A DNA stretch of 64,000 nucleotides from an uncultured Clostridia bacterium (GTDB lineage: Bacteria; Bacillota; Clostridia; TANB77; CAG-508), in contig CALXUT010000012.1 of NCBI GenBank assembly GCA_944391755.1, positions 9,727-73,726 of the forward strand. The letters run 5' to 3'. Made by a program: the position numbers and the translations under genes. Position 1 is the first letter of the stretch. Each line of letters opens with the position of its first letter. A model generated the notes under the pieces. The model was given only the letters and a program-made list of their open reading frames with translations. It did no database searches and was not told the DNA's origin. This document shows positions 35,426-46,462 of the stretch, in pieces.

Positions 35426-36784
35426 ATGAAAGTAGGATTTGTATCACTTGGGTGTAGTAAAAACTTAATAGACACTGAAATTGCCATTGGACATTTTAAA
35501 AACAATCAGTATGAAATTGTAAGTAATCCAGAAGAAGCAGAAATCATTGTTATCAATACATGTGGATTTATAGAATCTGCAAAAGAAGAAGCAATAAATA
35601 CAATACTAGAAATGGCAGAATATAAAAACAATAAATGTAAATATTTAATTGTTATGGGATGTTTAGTACAAAGATATTATGAGGAATTATTAAAAGAATT
35701 ACCAGAAGTAGATTTATTTATCAAAATAGATGAATATGATGTGCTATGGGATAAAATAGAAAAATTAATAAAAGAAAATACAGTAGAGCCAAGTGCAACT
35801 CATACAACCAATAAAATTTCAGAAATGAAACCATTACCAATGCCTACATCAAAAGAATTCTACGAAAGAATCATTACAACAGGAGAAAATTTTGCCTATT
35901 TGAAAATTGGAGAAGGATGTAGTAATCGATGCACCTATTGTGCAATTCCTTATATAAGAGGACCATTTGTCAGCAGAAAAATGGAAGAAATAATAGAAGA
36001 AGCAAAGATACTTGCCCAAAAAGGAATAAAAGAAATTATCATCATAGCACAAGATACAACAAAATATGGTATAGATATATATGGAGAGTCAAAATTAGCA
36101 GAATTACTAGAAGAAATAGCAAAAATACCAGAAATCAAATGGATAAGATTTTTATATTCCTATCCAGAAGGAATTACAGAGAAATTAATTCAAACTGTCA
36201 AAAATAACGAAAAAATTTGTAAATATTTTGATATTCCAATACAACATATATCTGATAGCATTTTAAAAAAGATGAATCGAAGAACAAACAAAAAACAAAT
36301 AGAAGAACTAATAGACAAAATTAGAAAAGAAATACCTAATGTTGTATTAAGGACAAGTTTAATTGTTGGTTTCCCAGGTGAAAACACAGAAGATTTTGAA
36401 GAATTAAAACAATTTGTAGAAAAAGCAAAATTTGATAAATTAGGGACATTTATGTATTCAAAAGAAGATGGAACACCAGCAGCAAAATTGCCGGAACAAA
36501 TCCATACAAACACTAAAAAATCAAGATATCATCAAATTATGAAAATACAGCAAAAAATATCAAATGAAAATCTTCAAAAAAAGATAGGACAACAATATGA
36601 AGCTATCGTTGAAGAGATATCATTTGATGGTAATTATTTAATAGGAAGAACCAAACAAGATGTTCCAGATATAGATGGAATCATCTATATAAAAAATAAA
36701 AATGCAGAAAATACAATCAATAAGATCATAAAGGTAAAAATAATAGATGTGGAAGATTATGACTTGATAGGGGAAACCATATAG
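35426..36784 (+). CDS. rimO: Ribosomal protein S12 methylthiotransferase RimO
   Basis: SLGCSKNLIDTE, radical SAM motif CSNRCTYCAIP, and a TRAM C-terminus. Confidence 0.85.
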   Translation: MKVGFVSLGCSKNLIDTEIAIGHFKNNQYEIVSNPEEAEIIVINTCGFIESAKEEAINTILEMAEYKNNKCKYLIVMGCLVQRYYEELLKELPEVDLFIKIDEYDVLWDKIEKLIKENTVEPSATHTTNKISEMKPLPMPTSKEFYERIITTGENFAYLKIGEGCSNRCTYCAIPYIRGPFVSRKMEEIIEEAKILAQKGIKEIIIIAQDTTKYGIDIYGESKLAELLEEIAKIPEIKWIRFLYSYPEGITEKLIQTVKNNEKICKYFDIPIQHISDSILKKMNRRTNKKQIEELIDKIRKEIPNVVLRTSLIVGFPGENTEDFEELKQFVEKAKFDKLGTFMYSKEDGTPAAKLPEQIHTNTKKSRYHQIMKIQQKISNENLQKKIGQQYEAIVEEISFDGNYLIGRTKQDVPDIDGIIYIKNKNAENTINKIIKVKIIDVEDYDLIGETI

Positions 36785-36814
36785 TTAAATTAAGTTAAGA
36801 GAAAAGGAAGTGGG

Positions 36815-38077
36815 ATGAATATGGAAGAAAATGATTCAAGACAATTTACATTTACAGCTGATGAAAAAGAAACTTTAGAAAAACTCGATACTGTAGAGGC
36901 GAGTGTAAGTGCCTATATTAAAGAATCACAAAGAGAATTATTAGCAACAAGATATTATTCAGAATTTGTCATCAATACAAAAAATGGACCTTTAACGTTA
37001 AATAATGTATTTATAACAGCAGAAAGTGATCAAGAAGGAAAGATAAGTTATCATTTTAGATGGATAGTGGAAAATGAAAATGGAGAACAAACAATAGAAG
37101 AAAACATAGTAGTAGATGCAGAAGGAAAAGTTTTTGCAATAGATGAACTTGGAGATTATTTAAAAGATCTTGAAATTGATATTGAAGAACTTATGGCAGA
37201 AAATGATAAAGAACAAGGAAGATTAAAAGGAATTTCTGAAAGAGGAGATGCAGAAGAAATAAAAAAAGCATTAAAGAGTCGTGCTCAAGGAGATAAAGAA
37301 GAGGAAGAAAAAGATGATGGAGAAAAGGCAGAAGATGTTGAACAAGATTTAGAGGCACAGGGAGAAGATCTAGAGATTTCTAGTTACAGGAAAATAAAAG
37401 ATCCAACTGTAGCAGAAAGAATGCCAGAAGTATTTGGAAATGGTGAAGAAGATGGAATTGCATTTTCAAATAAATTAAATCGATTTGTCATGATAACAAA
37501 AAAAGATGGTATGTATAAAATAAATGATAGTTTAGAAACAGCTGAAACTGCTTGGAAATCGGTTATTAGTATTGATGAAAATGGAGATAAAATAGAAAGA
37601 AAAGTACCACATTCCTTAATGCAAGTAAAGAACAATGATGATAAAGAAATTGCCGTAACAATTGGACAATATGGAGAAGTGGATATAGAAACAGTAGATG
37701 TTTTACCTTGTGATGAAAGAATTGCAAGAGGAGTAAGAACACAAGGAGAGGGACGCGATAAAGAAGAAAGTTATGATGTAAGATATGCTTTTGAAAATGC
37801 AGGAATAGAATATAAACATGATTTAGCACATCAAGTAAATGAAATAGAAGAACAAAATAGAGAGGCTGGAGTAAGAGACATAGATATAACAGAAAAAGAT
37901 TATATACCAAATACACAAATGACTTGGGGACAGTTAATGCAAGAAACAGGAGAGTCATTACCAGTTTTAGTAGAAAGATATAATAGAGAAATGGCTAAAG
38001 CAGGTGCAGAACCAAAAAAAGTAGTAGAAACAATAGAGGCAGATTATCAAAATATTTCGCATGAACGAAAAAGATAA
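36815..38077 (+). CDS. Hypothetical highly acidic protein
   Basis: 420-aa ORF with an SD (AAAGGAAGTGGG), D/E-rich with a central EEEEKDDGEKAEDVEQDLE stretch. No family was recognised. Confidence 0.5.
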   Translation: MNMEENDSRQFTFTADEKETLEKLDTVEASVSAYIKESQRELLATRYYSEFVINTKNGPLTLNNVFITAESDQEGKISYHFRWIVENENGEQTIEENIVVDAEGKVFAIDELGDYLKDLEIDIEELMAENDKEQGRLKGISERGDAEEIKKALKSRAQGDKEEEEKDDGEKAEDVEQDLEAQGEDLEISSYRKIKDPTVAERMPEVFGNGEEDGIAFSNKLNRFVMITKKDGMYKINDSLETAETAWKSVISIDENGDKIERKVPHSLMQVKNNDDKEIAVTIGQYGEVDIETVDVLPCDERIARGVRTQGEGRDKEESYDVRYAFENAGIEYKHDLAHQVNEIEEQNREAGVRDIDITEKDYIPNTQMTWGQLMQETGESLPVLVERYNREMAKAGAEPKKVVETIEADYQNISHERKR

Positions 38078-38093
38078 TAGAAAGAGGTAAAAT

Positions 38094-39329
38094 ATGTTAG
38101 TAGAACAACTGATTTTTATAGTGATAGCATTTGCGTTATTTGTATATATGTTTTATCAATTAATTAAGAAAAATGATACAAAATATGTACCAATACTTGC
38201 AATACAAGCATTAGGAATTGCAATCGATTTTGTACAACTATATTTTACAAAAGAAGATTTTAGTATTTTAGTAAAAGTGATTATATATATATTATCAATT
38301 GGAATACCAATTATCATATTGCTTTTAGAAAAATTGAATGCAGATATATCGGAAACAATAGATGTAACAATCGCAAAAATATTTTTAGTGTTTGGCAATT
38401 CTAAAAGTGCTAAAAATACATTAATAAAACTTGTTACAAAGAATCCTAGAAGCTATTTAGGGCATAAATTGTTAGCGCAAATCTATGAAAAAGAAGGTGG
38501 ACAAAGAAAAGCGGTAGATGAATATGCACAAGCTATAGATATTAATAAAAAAGATTATGATTCCTATTACAAAGTAGCTACATTGTTAACAGATTTAGAT
38601 AAAAAAGACGAAGCCGAACATATGCTAGTAACTTTACTTAGTAAGAAACCAGATTATATAGAAGCCACAATTGCATTAGGAGATTTATTAATTGAAAAAG
38701 AAGATTTTAAAGAAGCGGTTAATGTTTATTCAGAAGCAATAAAATTAAACCCAACAAGTTTTGATTTAAATTATAATTTAGGAATCGTTTATACAATGCT
38801 AAATGATTTTCAAAATGCAAAAATGTATTATGAAAAAGCAGCTGAACTAAACTCCATTATATATAATACAAAATATAGTTTAGCAGAAATTGCCTTAATG
38901 TATAAAGAACTAGAAGAAGCAGAAAAATACTTTTTACAGGCAACAGAAGATGAAGAATTGTGTGCAGATGCCTATTTAGAATTGGCAAAAATATATCTTA
39001 TAAAAGGAGATAAAGAAAAAGCAATAAAATATGCAAATGTTGCTATACAAGAAGAACCAAAAAGAATTGTTGAAAAAATTCAAAAAGATGTATCATTTGC
39101 CATCATTATCGCAAAATTATCCATACCATTTAATTTAGAAAATGAAGAAGATGAAAGACCGAGAAAACTTACGAAAAAAGAAAAAATGGCGAAAAAACAT
39201 TTGGAAGAAATGGTTGAAATAACAAAAAAGATAGGATACAATGATGTGAAATTTGAAAATAAATCTCAAATAGAAAATGAAAAAGAAACTGAAAAACAAA
39301 TGCAAGAGCAAAAAGAAAGAGGTCAATAA
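38094..39329 (+). CDS. Membrane-anchored TPR-repeat protein
   Basis: 411 aa with 3 N-terminal TM segments followed by multiple TPR-like repeats (AQIYEKEGGQRKAVDEYAQAIDINKKDYDSYYKVA...). Confidence 0.6.
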   Translation: MLVEQLIFIVIAFALFVYMFYQLIKKNDTKYVPILAIQALGIAIDFVQLYFTKEDFSILVKVIIYILSIGIPIIILLLEKLNADISETIDVTIAKIFLVFGNSKSAKNTLIKLVTKNPRSYLGHKLLAQIYEKEGGQRKAVDEYAQAIDINKKDYDSYYKVATLLTDLDKKDEAEHMLVTLLSKKPDYIEATIALGDLLIEKEDFKEAVNVYSEAIKLNPTSFDLNYNLGIVYTMLNDFQNAKMYYEKAAELNSIIYNTKYSLAEIALMYKELEEAEKYFLQATEDEELCADAYLELAKIYLIKGDKEKAIKYANVAIQEEPKRIVEKIQKDVSFAIIIAKLSIPFNLENEEDERPRKLTKKEKMAKKHLEEMVEITKKIGYNDVKFENKSQIENEKETEKQMQEQKERGQ

Positions 39330-39397
39330 TAAAATTTTAGAATAATTCATAAAAATCTTCAAAAAATATATACTAAGAATATGAAGTGGAGGTTTTT

Positions 39398-40273
39398 ATG
39401 AATTATCATATATCCATAATAGGTGGAGATTTAAGAATTGTAAAATTAGCAGAAATGCTTGCAAAAGAAGGAAACAAAATATATGTATATGGATTAGAAA
39501 AATCAGAAGATTTAAGAAATATAGAAAATATCATGATATGTGATTCTATAAAAAAAGCAATAGCAAATACAGAAATTGTAATAGGTCCCATACCATTTTC
39601 AAGTAATGGAACCACAATAAATGCTCCATTTAGTGAAAATGAAATATCTATTAGGGAAATGATGCATGTGATAAGTGCAAAAATCTTAATAGCAGGCGGA
39701 ATTTTGCCAGAAGTTTATGAACTCGCAAATGATGAATATATAGAAATTATTGATATCATGAAAAGAGAAGAGTTGGCTGTATTAAATACAATTGCAACAG
39801 CGGAAGGTACGATTCAAGTTGCTATTGAGAATACAAACAAAATATTACATGGAAGTGAAGTATTAATATTAGGATTTGGAAGAACAGGAAAAGTTCTAGC
39901 AAGAAAATTGGCAGGACTATCTGTTAAAGTAACATGTGCAGCTAGAAAAGATGAAGATTTAGCTTGGATACAAGCATATGGACATAAGGCAACGAATATT
40001 AATAATTTAGGAGAAAATTTAAAATATTTTGATGTAATAATAAACACAGTTCCTCATATGATATTATCAGAAGAAAAAATAAAATATGTAAAATCAGATT
40101 GTTTATTAATCGATTTAGCATCCAATCCAGGTGGAATTGATAAAAAAGCAGTAAAAACACATCATTTAAAATTTGTATGGGCATTATCATTACCTGGAAA
40201 AGTAGCTCCTATAACATCTGCAGAATTTATAAAAGAGACCATATATAATATATTAAAAGAAATCTATAAATAA
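39398..40273 (+). CDS. dpaA: Dipicolinate synthase subunit A
   Basis: MNYHISIIGGDLRIVKLAEMLAKEGN and the Rossmann motif VLILGFGRTGKVLARKL. No dpaB follows. Confidence 0.75.
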   Translation: MNYHISIIGGDLRIVKLAEMLAKEGNKIYVYGLEKSEDLRNIENIMICDSIKKAIANTEIVIGPIPFSSNGTTINAPFSENEISIREMMHVISAKILIAGGILPEVYELANDEYIEIIDIMKREELAVLNTIATAEGTIQVAIENTNKILHGSEVLILGFGRTGKVLARKLAGLSVKVTCAARKDEDLAWIQAYGHKATNINNLGENLKYFDVIINTVPHMILSEEKIKYVKSDCLLIDLASNPGGIDKKAVKTHHLKFVWALSLPGKVAPITSAEFIKETIYNILKEIYK

Positions 40274-40293
40274 ACGAAAGAGAGGAAATAAAA

Positions 40294-41103
40294 ATGGAAA
40301 TATATCAAGCAATTATTTTAGGAATTGTTCAAGGACTTACAGAACTTTTACCAATATCGAGTTCAGCACATTTAACATTAATACCACAAATATTTCATTG
40401 GAATGCAGTACCAGACAGTTTTGATGTTGCATTACATTTTGGAACTTTATTAGCAATCGGAATATTTTTCTTTAAGGATTGGATCAATTTAATCATAGGT
40501 GGAGCAAAAAAAGTATTTAAGAAAGAAGATTCTGTTGATGGCAGAATGTTCTGGTACATAGTAGCAGCTACAATTCCAGGAGGTATCATTGGATTTATAC
40601 TAGACAAATATGCAGAAGACATATTATCAAAACCACTTATTATAGCAATAGCTCTAATTGTGATGGGAATTATTTTATACATAGTTGATAAAAAAGCTCC
40701 AACAAAAACAGAATATAAAGATATGACATTTAAACAAACATTTTTAATAGGTTTATCACAAGCATTAGCTTTTATACCAGGAGTTTCTCGTTCAGGAGTT
40801 ACAATGACAACAGGTAGAATGATGGGAGTATCAAGGGAATCAGCAGCAAAATATTCATTTATGTTGTCTGCACCAATCGTTTTAGCAGCAACTGTATTTA
40901 AAATAGGAGATTTTATAGATTACTTAACAGTTGCAACTTCTACAGGAATTATTGCTTTCATATTAGGGGTTTTAACAAGTTTTATAGTAGGAATATTGGT
41001 CATAAAATTCTTATTAGAATACTTAAAAAAAGGAAGTTTCAAAATATTTGCAGTTTATAGAGTAATCGTTGGATTATTGGTAATTGCATGGATTTTCTTT
41101 TAA
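40294..41103 (+). CDS. uppP: Undecaprenyl-diphosphate phosphatase
   Basis: ELLPISSSAHL and PGVSRSG. 269 aa, polytopic. Confidence 0.92.
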   Translation: MEIYQAIILGIVQGLTELLPISSSAHLTLIPQIFHWNAVPDSFDVALHFGTLLAIGIFFFKDWINLIIGGAKKVFKKEDSVDGRMFWYIVAATIPGGIIGFILDKYAEDILSKPLIIAIALIVMGIILYIVDKKAPTKTEYKDMTFKQTFLIGLSQALAFIPGVSRSGVTMTTGRMMGVSRESAAKYSFMLSAPIVLAATVFKIGDFIDYLTVATSTGIIAFILGVLTSFIVGILVIKFLLEYLKKGSFKIFAVYRVIVGLLVIAWIFF

Positions 41104-41181
41104 ACTAGAAAAGTGAATTTCGAATCCGTTTTATTTAGAAAGAAAAAAGAGTTTCATTTTGTAAAATGGAACTCTTTCATT

Positions 41182-41637
41182 TTAGTTAAAAATGTGGTCA
41201 TATTTATTTCCAAAAGTCTCTATATTTAGATGTCTGGTGTTTTCATCAGAATCGTCTTTTTCAAAAGAGATTTTTATATAATCAGATGGTAAAGATTCTT
41301 TTATCAAATCTCCCCATTCAATGATACATATTCCTGAATGAAAATATTCTTCTCCTCCAATTGCATAAAATTCATCTATATCTTCTAAACGATATACATC
41401 AAAGTGATATATTGTTATATCTTTATTTTTATATTCATTCACAATTGTAAAAGTAGGGCTTGAAATTTCATTATCTAAATGAAAATATTTTAAAAAACCT
41501 TCTGTAAATTTTGTTTTTCCAGCACCTAAATTTCCTGATAAAATGATAATATCTCCAATTTGTAATTTACCTGCTAAATTGTAGGCAAAGTCCATTGTTT
41601 CCGTTTCACTATGTGAAGTATATTGAAAAGTTTTCAT
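41182..41637 (-). CDS. tsaE: tRNA t6A37 biosynthesis ATPase TsaE
   Basis: LSGNLGAGKTKFTEG, SPTFTIVNEY and HFDVYRL. Confidence 0.88.
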   Translation of the reverse strand: MKTFQYTSHSETETMDFAYNLAGKLQIGDIIILSGNLGAGKTKFTEGFLKYFHLDNEISSPTFTIVNEYKNKDITIYHFDVYRLEDIDEFYAIGGEEYFHSGICIIEWGDLIKESLPSDYIKISFEKDDSDENTRHLNIETFGNKYDHIFN

Positions 41638-41688
41638 AATTCATCCTCCACATAGTATTTTAACCGAAAAATAAGGATTTGTAAAGTA

Positions 41689-41889
41689 TTACTTATTATC
41701 AGCACACATTTTTTCATATTCTTTACATTTTATTTTATAATCCATTTGCATACATAAATATTTGTAATAAGAATATGCTTGTTCATATTGCATAATCGGA
41801 TTAAACATTGGATCTTTATACATATCATTTAGACCATTGTCCATTCCATCAAATTGTGAAAATGGTGAAAAATCTGAATTTCTTTCCAT
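41689..41889 (-). CDS. Hypothetical small protein
   Basis: 66 aa, starting from the ATG after TAGGAGGTATAGGATA. No family was recognised. Confidence 0.4.
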   Translation of the reverse strand: MERNSDFSPFSQFDGMDNGLNDMYKDPMFNPIMQYEQAYSYYKYLCMQMDYKIKCKEYEKMCADNK

Positions 41890-42018
41890 TATCCTATACC
41901 TCCTATACAATATATATTTTAAAATTAAGAATATATGAAAAATAAATGATAATTCTTGCTTTTTTATATGTAAAATGGTATCATAAAAGTATAAGATAAA
42001 AACAAAGGAGAAATAGAG

Positions 42019-43143
42019 ATGATAAGAGAAAATAAAGGTATTACACTAATTGCATTAACTATTACAATAATTGTATTAATTATATTAGCAAGTGTAGCAA
42101 CTTATTCAGGAATTAGTACAATAAAATCAAGTAAATTAAACAAATTTAAACAAGAATTGGAAATCATGCAATCAGAAGTACAAGTTTTATATGAAAAATA
42201 TAAAGATGAAGAAACAATTGATGTGGGAAAAGAAATCAGTGGATCTGGAAAAGAAGAACAAGCGGAAATTGCATTTGATGGAGCAGAAGAAACAAATACG
42301 TCTGGGTATAGATTGTTTGATGCAGAAGAGATAGAAAAATTAGGTATAGAAGGAATAGAAAGAGAATATCTTTTAGATATTATGAATAGAAAAGTAATCA
42401 GTCTAGAACCATTTGAGCAAGATGGAATGGCTTATTATACGTTAAATCAAATTTCGGAAAAGAATACAATCGACGAAGGGATAGCAAGAGATAGTGTAAA
42501 TTTTTCTGTAAGTACTACAGAAGCAAGTAATGGATGGGAAATAACGGTATCCAATATAGAATATTCAAAATATGTAGGAAAAGGAAAAATTTTATATCAA
42601 AAAGTAGGTAATGATAATTGGACAACTGTAGTAGATGATTTTAAAGGAGAAGAATATACTTTTACTGTAAATAGTGAAGGAGAGTATAATATAAAAATTA
42701 TAGATGCAGCAGGAATAGAAAGCGAAGTATATTATGTTGAATGTGCAGAAACTATTAAACCTGAGGCTATAGTTGATTTATTAGAAACATCTAGTCCTGC
42801 TTCATCAAGTGGAAGGTATGATATTGGAGAGAATCTTACATGTGAAATAAAAATCAGTAATGTGGGAAATGTAGAATTAAAAAATATAAAAATTACACCT
42901 CTAATAACTAGAGCTGATGGAAGCATAATAATTCCAGGCGATCTTGATGATGAAGATTTACAAATTAGTGAAATTGGAGTAGGAGAATTTTATAAATTGG
43001 ATTTTTCACATACGATTTCTCAAACTGATGTGCTAGGAGGAGATTTTATACTAAGTCTTGTCGTTGATTGTACAACCGAAGATGGTATGAATTTAACATA
43101 TAAAAGCACAGAGTTACTGATAGAAATAACTCTTCCCCAATAA
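42019..43143 (+). CDS. Pilin-leader protein with Ig-like/CARDB-like C-terminal domains
   Basis: MIRENKG|ITLIALTITIIVLIILASVATYSG is the third copy of the GITL(I/V)AL leader. The C-terminal GENLTCEIKISNVGNVELKNIKITP is CARDB/DUF11-like (tentative). The gene is monocistronic, with the terminator atagcaagaa/ttcttgctat + T8 at ~43170-43200. Confidence 0.65.
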   Translation: MIRENKGITLIALTITIIVLIILASVATYSGISTIKSSKLNKFKQELEIMQSEVQVLYEKYKDEETIDVGKEISGSGKEEQAEIAFDGAEETNTSGYRLFDAEEIEKLGIEGIEREYLLDIMNRKVISLEPFEQDGMAYYTLNQISEKNTIDEGIARDSVNFSVSTTEASNGWEITVSNIEYSKYVGKGKILYQKVGNDNWTTVVDDFKGEEYTFTVNSEGEYNIKIIDAAGIESEVYYVECAETIKPEAIVDLLETSSPASSSGRYDIGENLTCEIKISNVGNVELKNIKITPLITRADGSIIIPGDLDDEDLQISEIGVGEFYKLDFSHTISQTDVLGGDFILSLVVDCTTEDGMNLTYKSTELLIEITLPQ

Positions 43144-43247
43144 ACAACTGAATACACAGTCAATAAAAATAGAAATAGCAAGAAATTCTTGCTATTTTTT
43201 TTATTATTTAGTAAAATAAAAAAATCAAAAACAAAAGGAGAAAGAAT

Positions 43248-44168
43248 ATGAGAATAGTAGCAAGTAGTAGTTATTTACCAAAAAATAAAGTAACCAATAA
43301 AGAATTGGCTGAAAAGTTAGGAATAGAAGAAAGTTTTATAGAAAAAAGAACAGGAATCAAACAAAGATATTTTATAGAAGAGGAAACAATAGAACAAATA
43401 GCCAAAAAGGCAGTAGAAAAATTAATAGTAAAAACAAATATAGATATACAAGAAATCGATTTAATCATTGTAGCAACAACAAGTACCAATAAACTAATGC
43501 CAGGAATATCTAATTATATACAAAAAGAACTAGGAATCAAAAAATGTATATGTTTTGATATATTAGCAGGATGTAGTGGATATGTAAATGCAATGGATAT
43601 TGCACATATGTATATCAATAGTGGAAAAGTAAAAAAAGCGATAGTTGTGGGAGTAGATGTATTATCAAAATATACAAATAAAGAAGATATAGGTACAGCA
43701 ATCATATTATCAGATGGTGCTGGAGCAACTCTATTTGAAAAAACAGAAGAAGATTTTTATTGTTCACGAATAGAAGCAATAGAAGACAAAAATAACATTT
43801 TGACATGTCATACAAATGGACAAATAGCAATGGATGGATTAGCTGTTTATAAATATGCAGTAACAGAAACAGTGAATAATATAAAAAAATTATTAGAAGA
43901 TGCAGGAGAAAGATTAGAAGATATAAGATATATCATACCACATCAATCTAATTTAAAAATTATGAATGCAATAGCAAGTAGATTAAATATCGAAACAGAA
44001 AAAATGTATACCAATATAGAAAATACTGGAAATACGTTTTGTGCAAGTATACCAATTGTTTTAGAAGAAATACAAGAAAAAAAATTGTTGCAAAAAAATG
44101 ATAAGATTGTTATAATTGGTTATGGAGCAGGGTTGAATACAGGAAGTATACTTTTAAAATGGGAATAA
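43248..44168 (+). CDS. fabH: 3-oxoacyl-ACP synthase III
   Basis: Active-site context LAGCSGY, plus HQSNLKI and GNTFCASIP. Confidence 0.9.
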   Translation: MRIVASSSYLPKNKVTNKELAEKLGIEESFIEKRTGIKQRYFIEEETIEQIAKKAVEKLIVKTNIDIQEIDLIIVATTSTNKLMPGISNYIQKELGIKKCICFDILAGCSGYVNAMDIAHMYINSGKVKKAIVVGVDVLSKYTNKEDIGTAIILSDGAGATLFEKTEEDFYCSRIEAIEDKNNILTCHTNGQIAMDGLAVYKYAVTETVNNIKKLLEDAGERLEDIRYIIPHQSNLKIMNAIASRLNIETEKMYTNIENTGNTFCASIPIVLEEIQEKKLLQKNDKIVIIGYGAGLNTGSILLKWE

Positions 44169-44196
44169 AATTTTAAATGATACTTAGGAGGAAAAA

Positions 44197-45255
44197 ATGA
44201 AGAAAAAGAAATCTGTAGAATTTAATTTTGGAACTTTTCTAATTATATTGATAATCTTATTAGGAGCAGTATTTTTTATAGCACGAAATACAGGAAAAGC
44301 AGGAGAAAATGTAGGAAATTTGGAACAAAATACAGTAACACAGAATGAACAAAAAGATTATGAAGAAAATTTATTTTCAAAAGATGTAGTAACTATAGAT
44401 ATAGGAATGTTAAATCAAAACTGGGAAGTTAAAGATGAAGCATATGGAAGTATTATATTTTATATACAAGGACCAAAAACAGAAAATGAAGATGGAACGG
44501 TAAATGATGTAAGAATCAATATATATATTGAAGAAAGTTCAATGACAAATGAAGAATTAAAAACACAAATGTTAGAAAATTCAATATATCAAGAAATAGA
44601 ATATACAAAAATGCAACAAATCAATTCTATTCAATGGATGGAATTTGAGGCAAAAAATAAAGGAGTAAAAGCGAAAATATTAACAGTTATGATAGATGGA
44701 TATATGTATGCAGCTGAAATAAGTGGAGAAGAAAATACATATGATGAAAATTATAATGATGCAATGAAAGCAGTCATGACACTAAAAATTGCTGATAGAA
44801 TTCCAGAAGATACAGCATCAACGGTTATCTATAATTATGATAATTTGGCAAATATCAAACTTGGAGGAACACAATATTTATTAACAAGCTTAAATCTTCC
44901 TCAAACCATGGAACAAACAGAAGAGAATACCACATTGCCAGAAGAATACAAAGATTATATATGGACAGGTATAAATTATAATGATTTTGCTAATAAAATG
45001 AAAGAATATATGACAGAAGAGGTATTAAATACCCAATTTAGTGAATTTATAAATTATAAAGATTGCTTATATGTAAAAGATGTTACTGGAGAACAAATAG
45101 ATTATATGATTGATGAAATAAATCCTGTAGAAACAAAAGGAAATGAAACAACATATGAAGTATCAAAAGTAATAACAAGTACTTTTATAACAGAAGTACA
45201 GAAAATAACGTTGAAATATGAGAATGGAAATTGTGTAGTATCTAATGTCGAATAA
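44197..45255 (+). CDS. Hypothetical membrane-anchored protein embedded in the fab cluster
   Basis: 352 aa with an SD (TTAGGAGGAAAAAATG) and an N-terminal TM (FGTFLIILIILLGAVFFIA). No family was recognised. Confidence 0.5.
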   Translation: MKKKKSVEFNFGTFLIILIILLGAVFFIARNTGKAGENVGNLEQNTVTQNEQKDYEENLFSKDVVTIDIGMLNQNWEVKDEAYGSIIFYIQGPKTENEDGTVNDVRINIYIEESSMTNEELKTQMLENSIYQEIEYTKMQQINSIQWMEFEAKNKGVKAKILTVMIDGYMYAAEISGEENTYDENYNDAMKAVMTLKIADRIPEDTASTVIYNYDNLANIKLGGTQYLLTSLNLPQTMEQTEENTTLPEEYKDYIWTGINYNDFANKMKEYMTEEVLNTQFSEFINYKDCLYVKDVTGEQIDYMIDEINPVETKGNETTYEVSKVITSTFITEVQKITLKYENGNCVVSNVE

Positions 45256-45406
45256 ACAAAAAATAGGGGGAACTTAATTATATTTTATATAATAATTTAG
45301 TTCTTCTTTTTTTATAAAATTATTAATCTGACCATTCATTCTAATAGAAAAAAATGAAAATTAAGTATATAAATATAAAGTGATATTAAACGAAAGGAAG
45401 AAGTAT

Positions 45407-46339
45407 ATGAAAACAGCATTTTTATTTCCAGGTCAAGGAGCACAGACAGTAGGAATGGGAAAAGACATATATGAAAAATACGAAGAAGCAAGAGAAATTT
45501 ATAACAAAGCAGAAGAAATAACAGGAGTAAAAGTAAAAGAAATATGTTTTAATGGACCAGAAGAAGAATTAATGAAAACAGAAAATACGCAAATCGCTAT
45601 ATTAACAACAAGTTTAGCAATATTAAAAGTCTTAGAGAATAAAGGAATTAAAGCAGACATAGCAGTAGGATTAAGCCTTGGAGAATATGCAGCATTAATA
45701 TATGGAGGATATATTACTCTTGAAGATGGATTAAGATTAATCCAAAAAAGAGGATATTATATGGGGAACTTCTTACCAAAAGAAGAATATGCCATGGCAG
45801 CTGTTATCGGATTAGATTGTAAAAAAATAGAAGAAGTATGTAATGCAATAAAAGCACAAGGAAAATTTATTGTACCAGCAAATTATAATTGCAATGTGCA
45901 AACTGCAGTATCAGGAACAAGTGATGCAATTGATATGGCAATAGAAAAATTAAAAGAAGCAGGAGCGAGAAAAGTCGTAAAATTAAAGACAAGTGGACCA
46001 TTCCACACAGAAAAATTAGAGAAAGCAAAAGAATTATATAAAAAAGAGCTTGAAAAAGTGGAATTCCAAAAAGGAAATGGTGTAAAAGTTATTAAAAATC
46101 TAGATGGAGAATTTTATACAGAAAACGAAGATTTAAAAGAAATATTAGCAAACCATATTGTAAGTCCCGTAAGATTTGATAAAGCAATTGAACTTATGAA
46201 ACAAGAGAAAGTGGAAAGATTTATAGAAATAGGACCAGGAAAAACATTAACAGGGTTTATAAAAAAAGATTATCCAGAAGCAGAACTTTATAATATCAAT
46301 AATTTAGAAAATCTAGAAAATTTAATAAAAAATAATTAA
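45407..46339 (+). CDS. fabD: Malonyl-CoA:ACP transacylase
   Basis: FLFPGQGAQ and GLSLGEYAAL. Confidence 0.9.
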   Translation: MKTAFLFPGQGAQTVGMGKDIYEKYEEAREIYNKAEEITGVKVKEICFNGPEEELMKTENTQIAILTTSLAILKVLENKGIKADIAVGLSLGEYAALIYGGYITLEDGLRLIQKRGYYMGNFLPKEEYAMAAVIGLDCKKIEEVCNAIKAQGKFIVPANYNCNVQTAVSGTSDAIDMAIEKLKEAGARKVVKLKTSGPFHTEKLEKAKELYKKELEKVEFQKGNGVKVIKNLDGEFYTENEDLKEILANHIVSPVRFDKAIELMKQEKVERFIEIGPGKTLTGFIKKDYPEAELYNINNLENLENLIKNN

Positions 46340-46380
46340 ATTGCTGCAATTCACCACTAAGCATAATACTAGTTTATTAT

Positions 46381-46462
46381 GTTCATATATTCCTATTTTT
46401 TGTCAAAAACATAGCTTGGGTCTTCCTATAGGTCTTTGACTGTAAAATAGGAATATATGAAC
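46381..46462 (+). repeat. Conserved-apex hairpin element, copy 2 (between fabD and fabG)
   Basis: Arms gttcatatattcctatttt / aaaataggaatatatgaac (19 bp, perfect) enclose GTCAAAAACATAGCTTGGGTCTTCCTATAGGTCTTTGAC. Confidence 0.85.

Noticed and set aside
35929-36207. A 92-aa K/R/N-rich + strand ORF
   Set aside because: It is an alternative frame inside rimO, a composition artefact of A-rich coding sequence.
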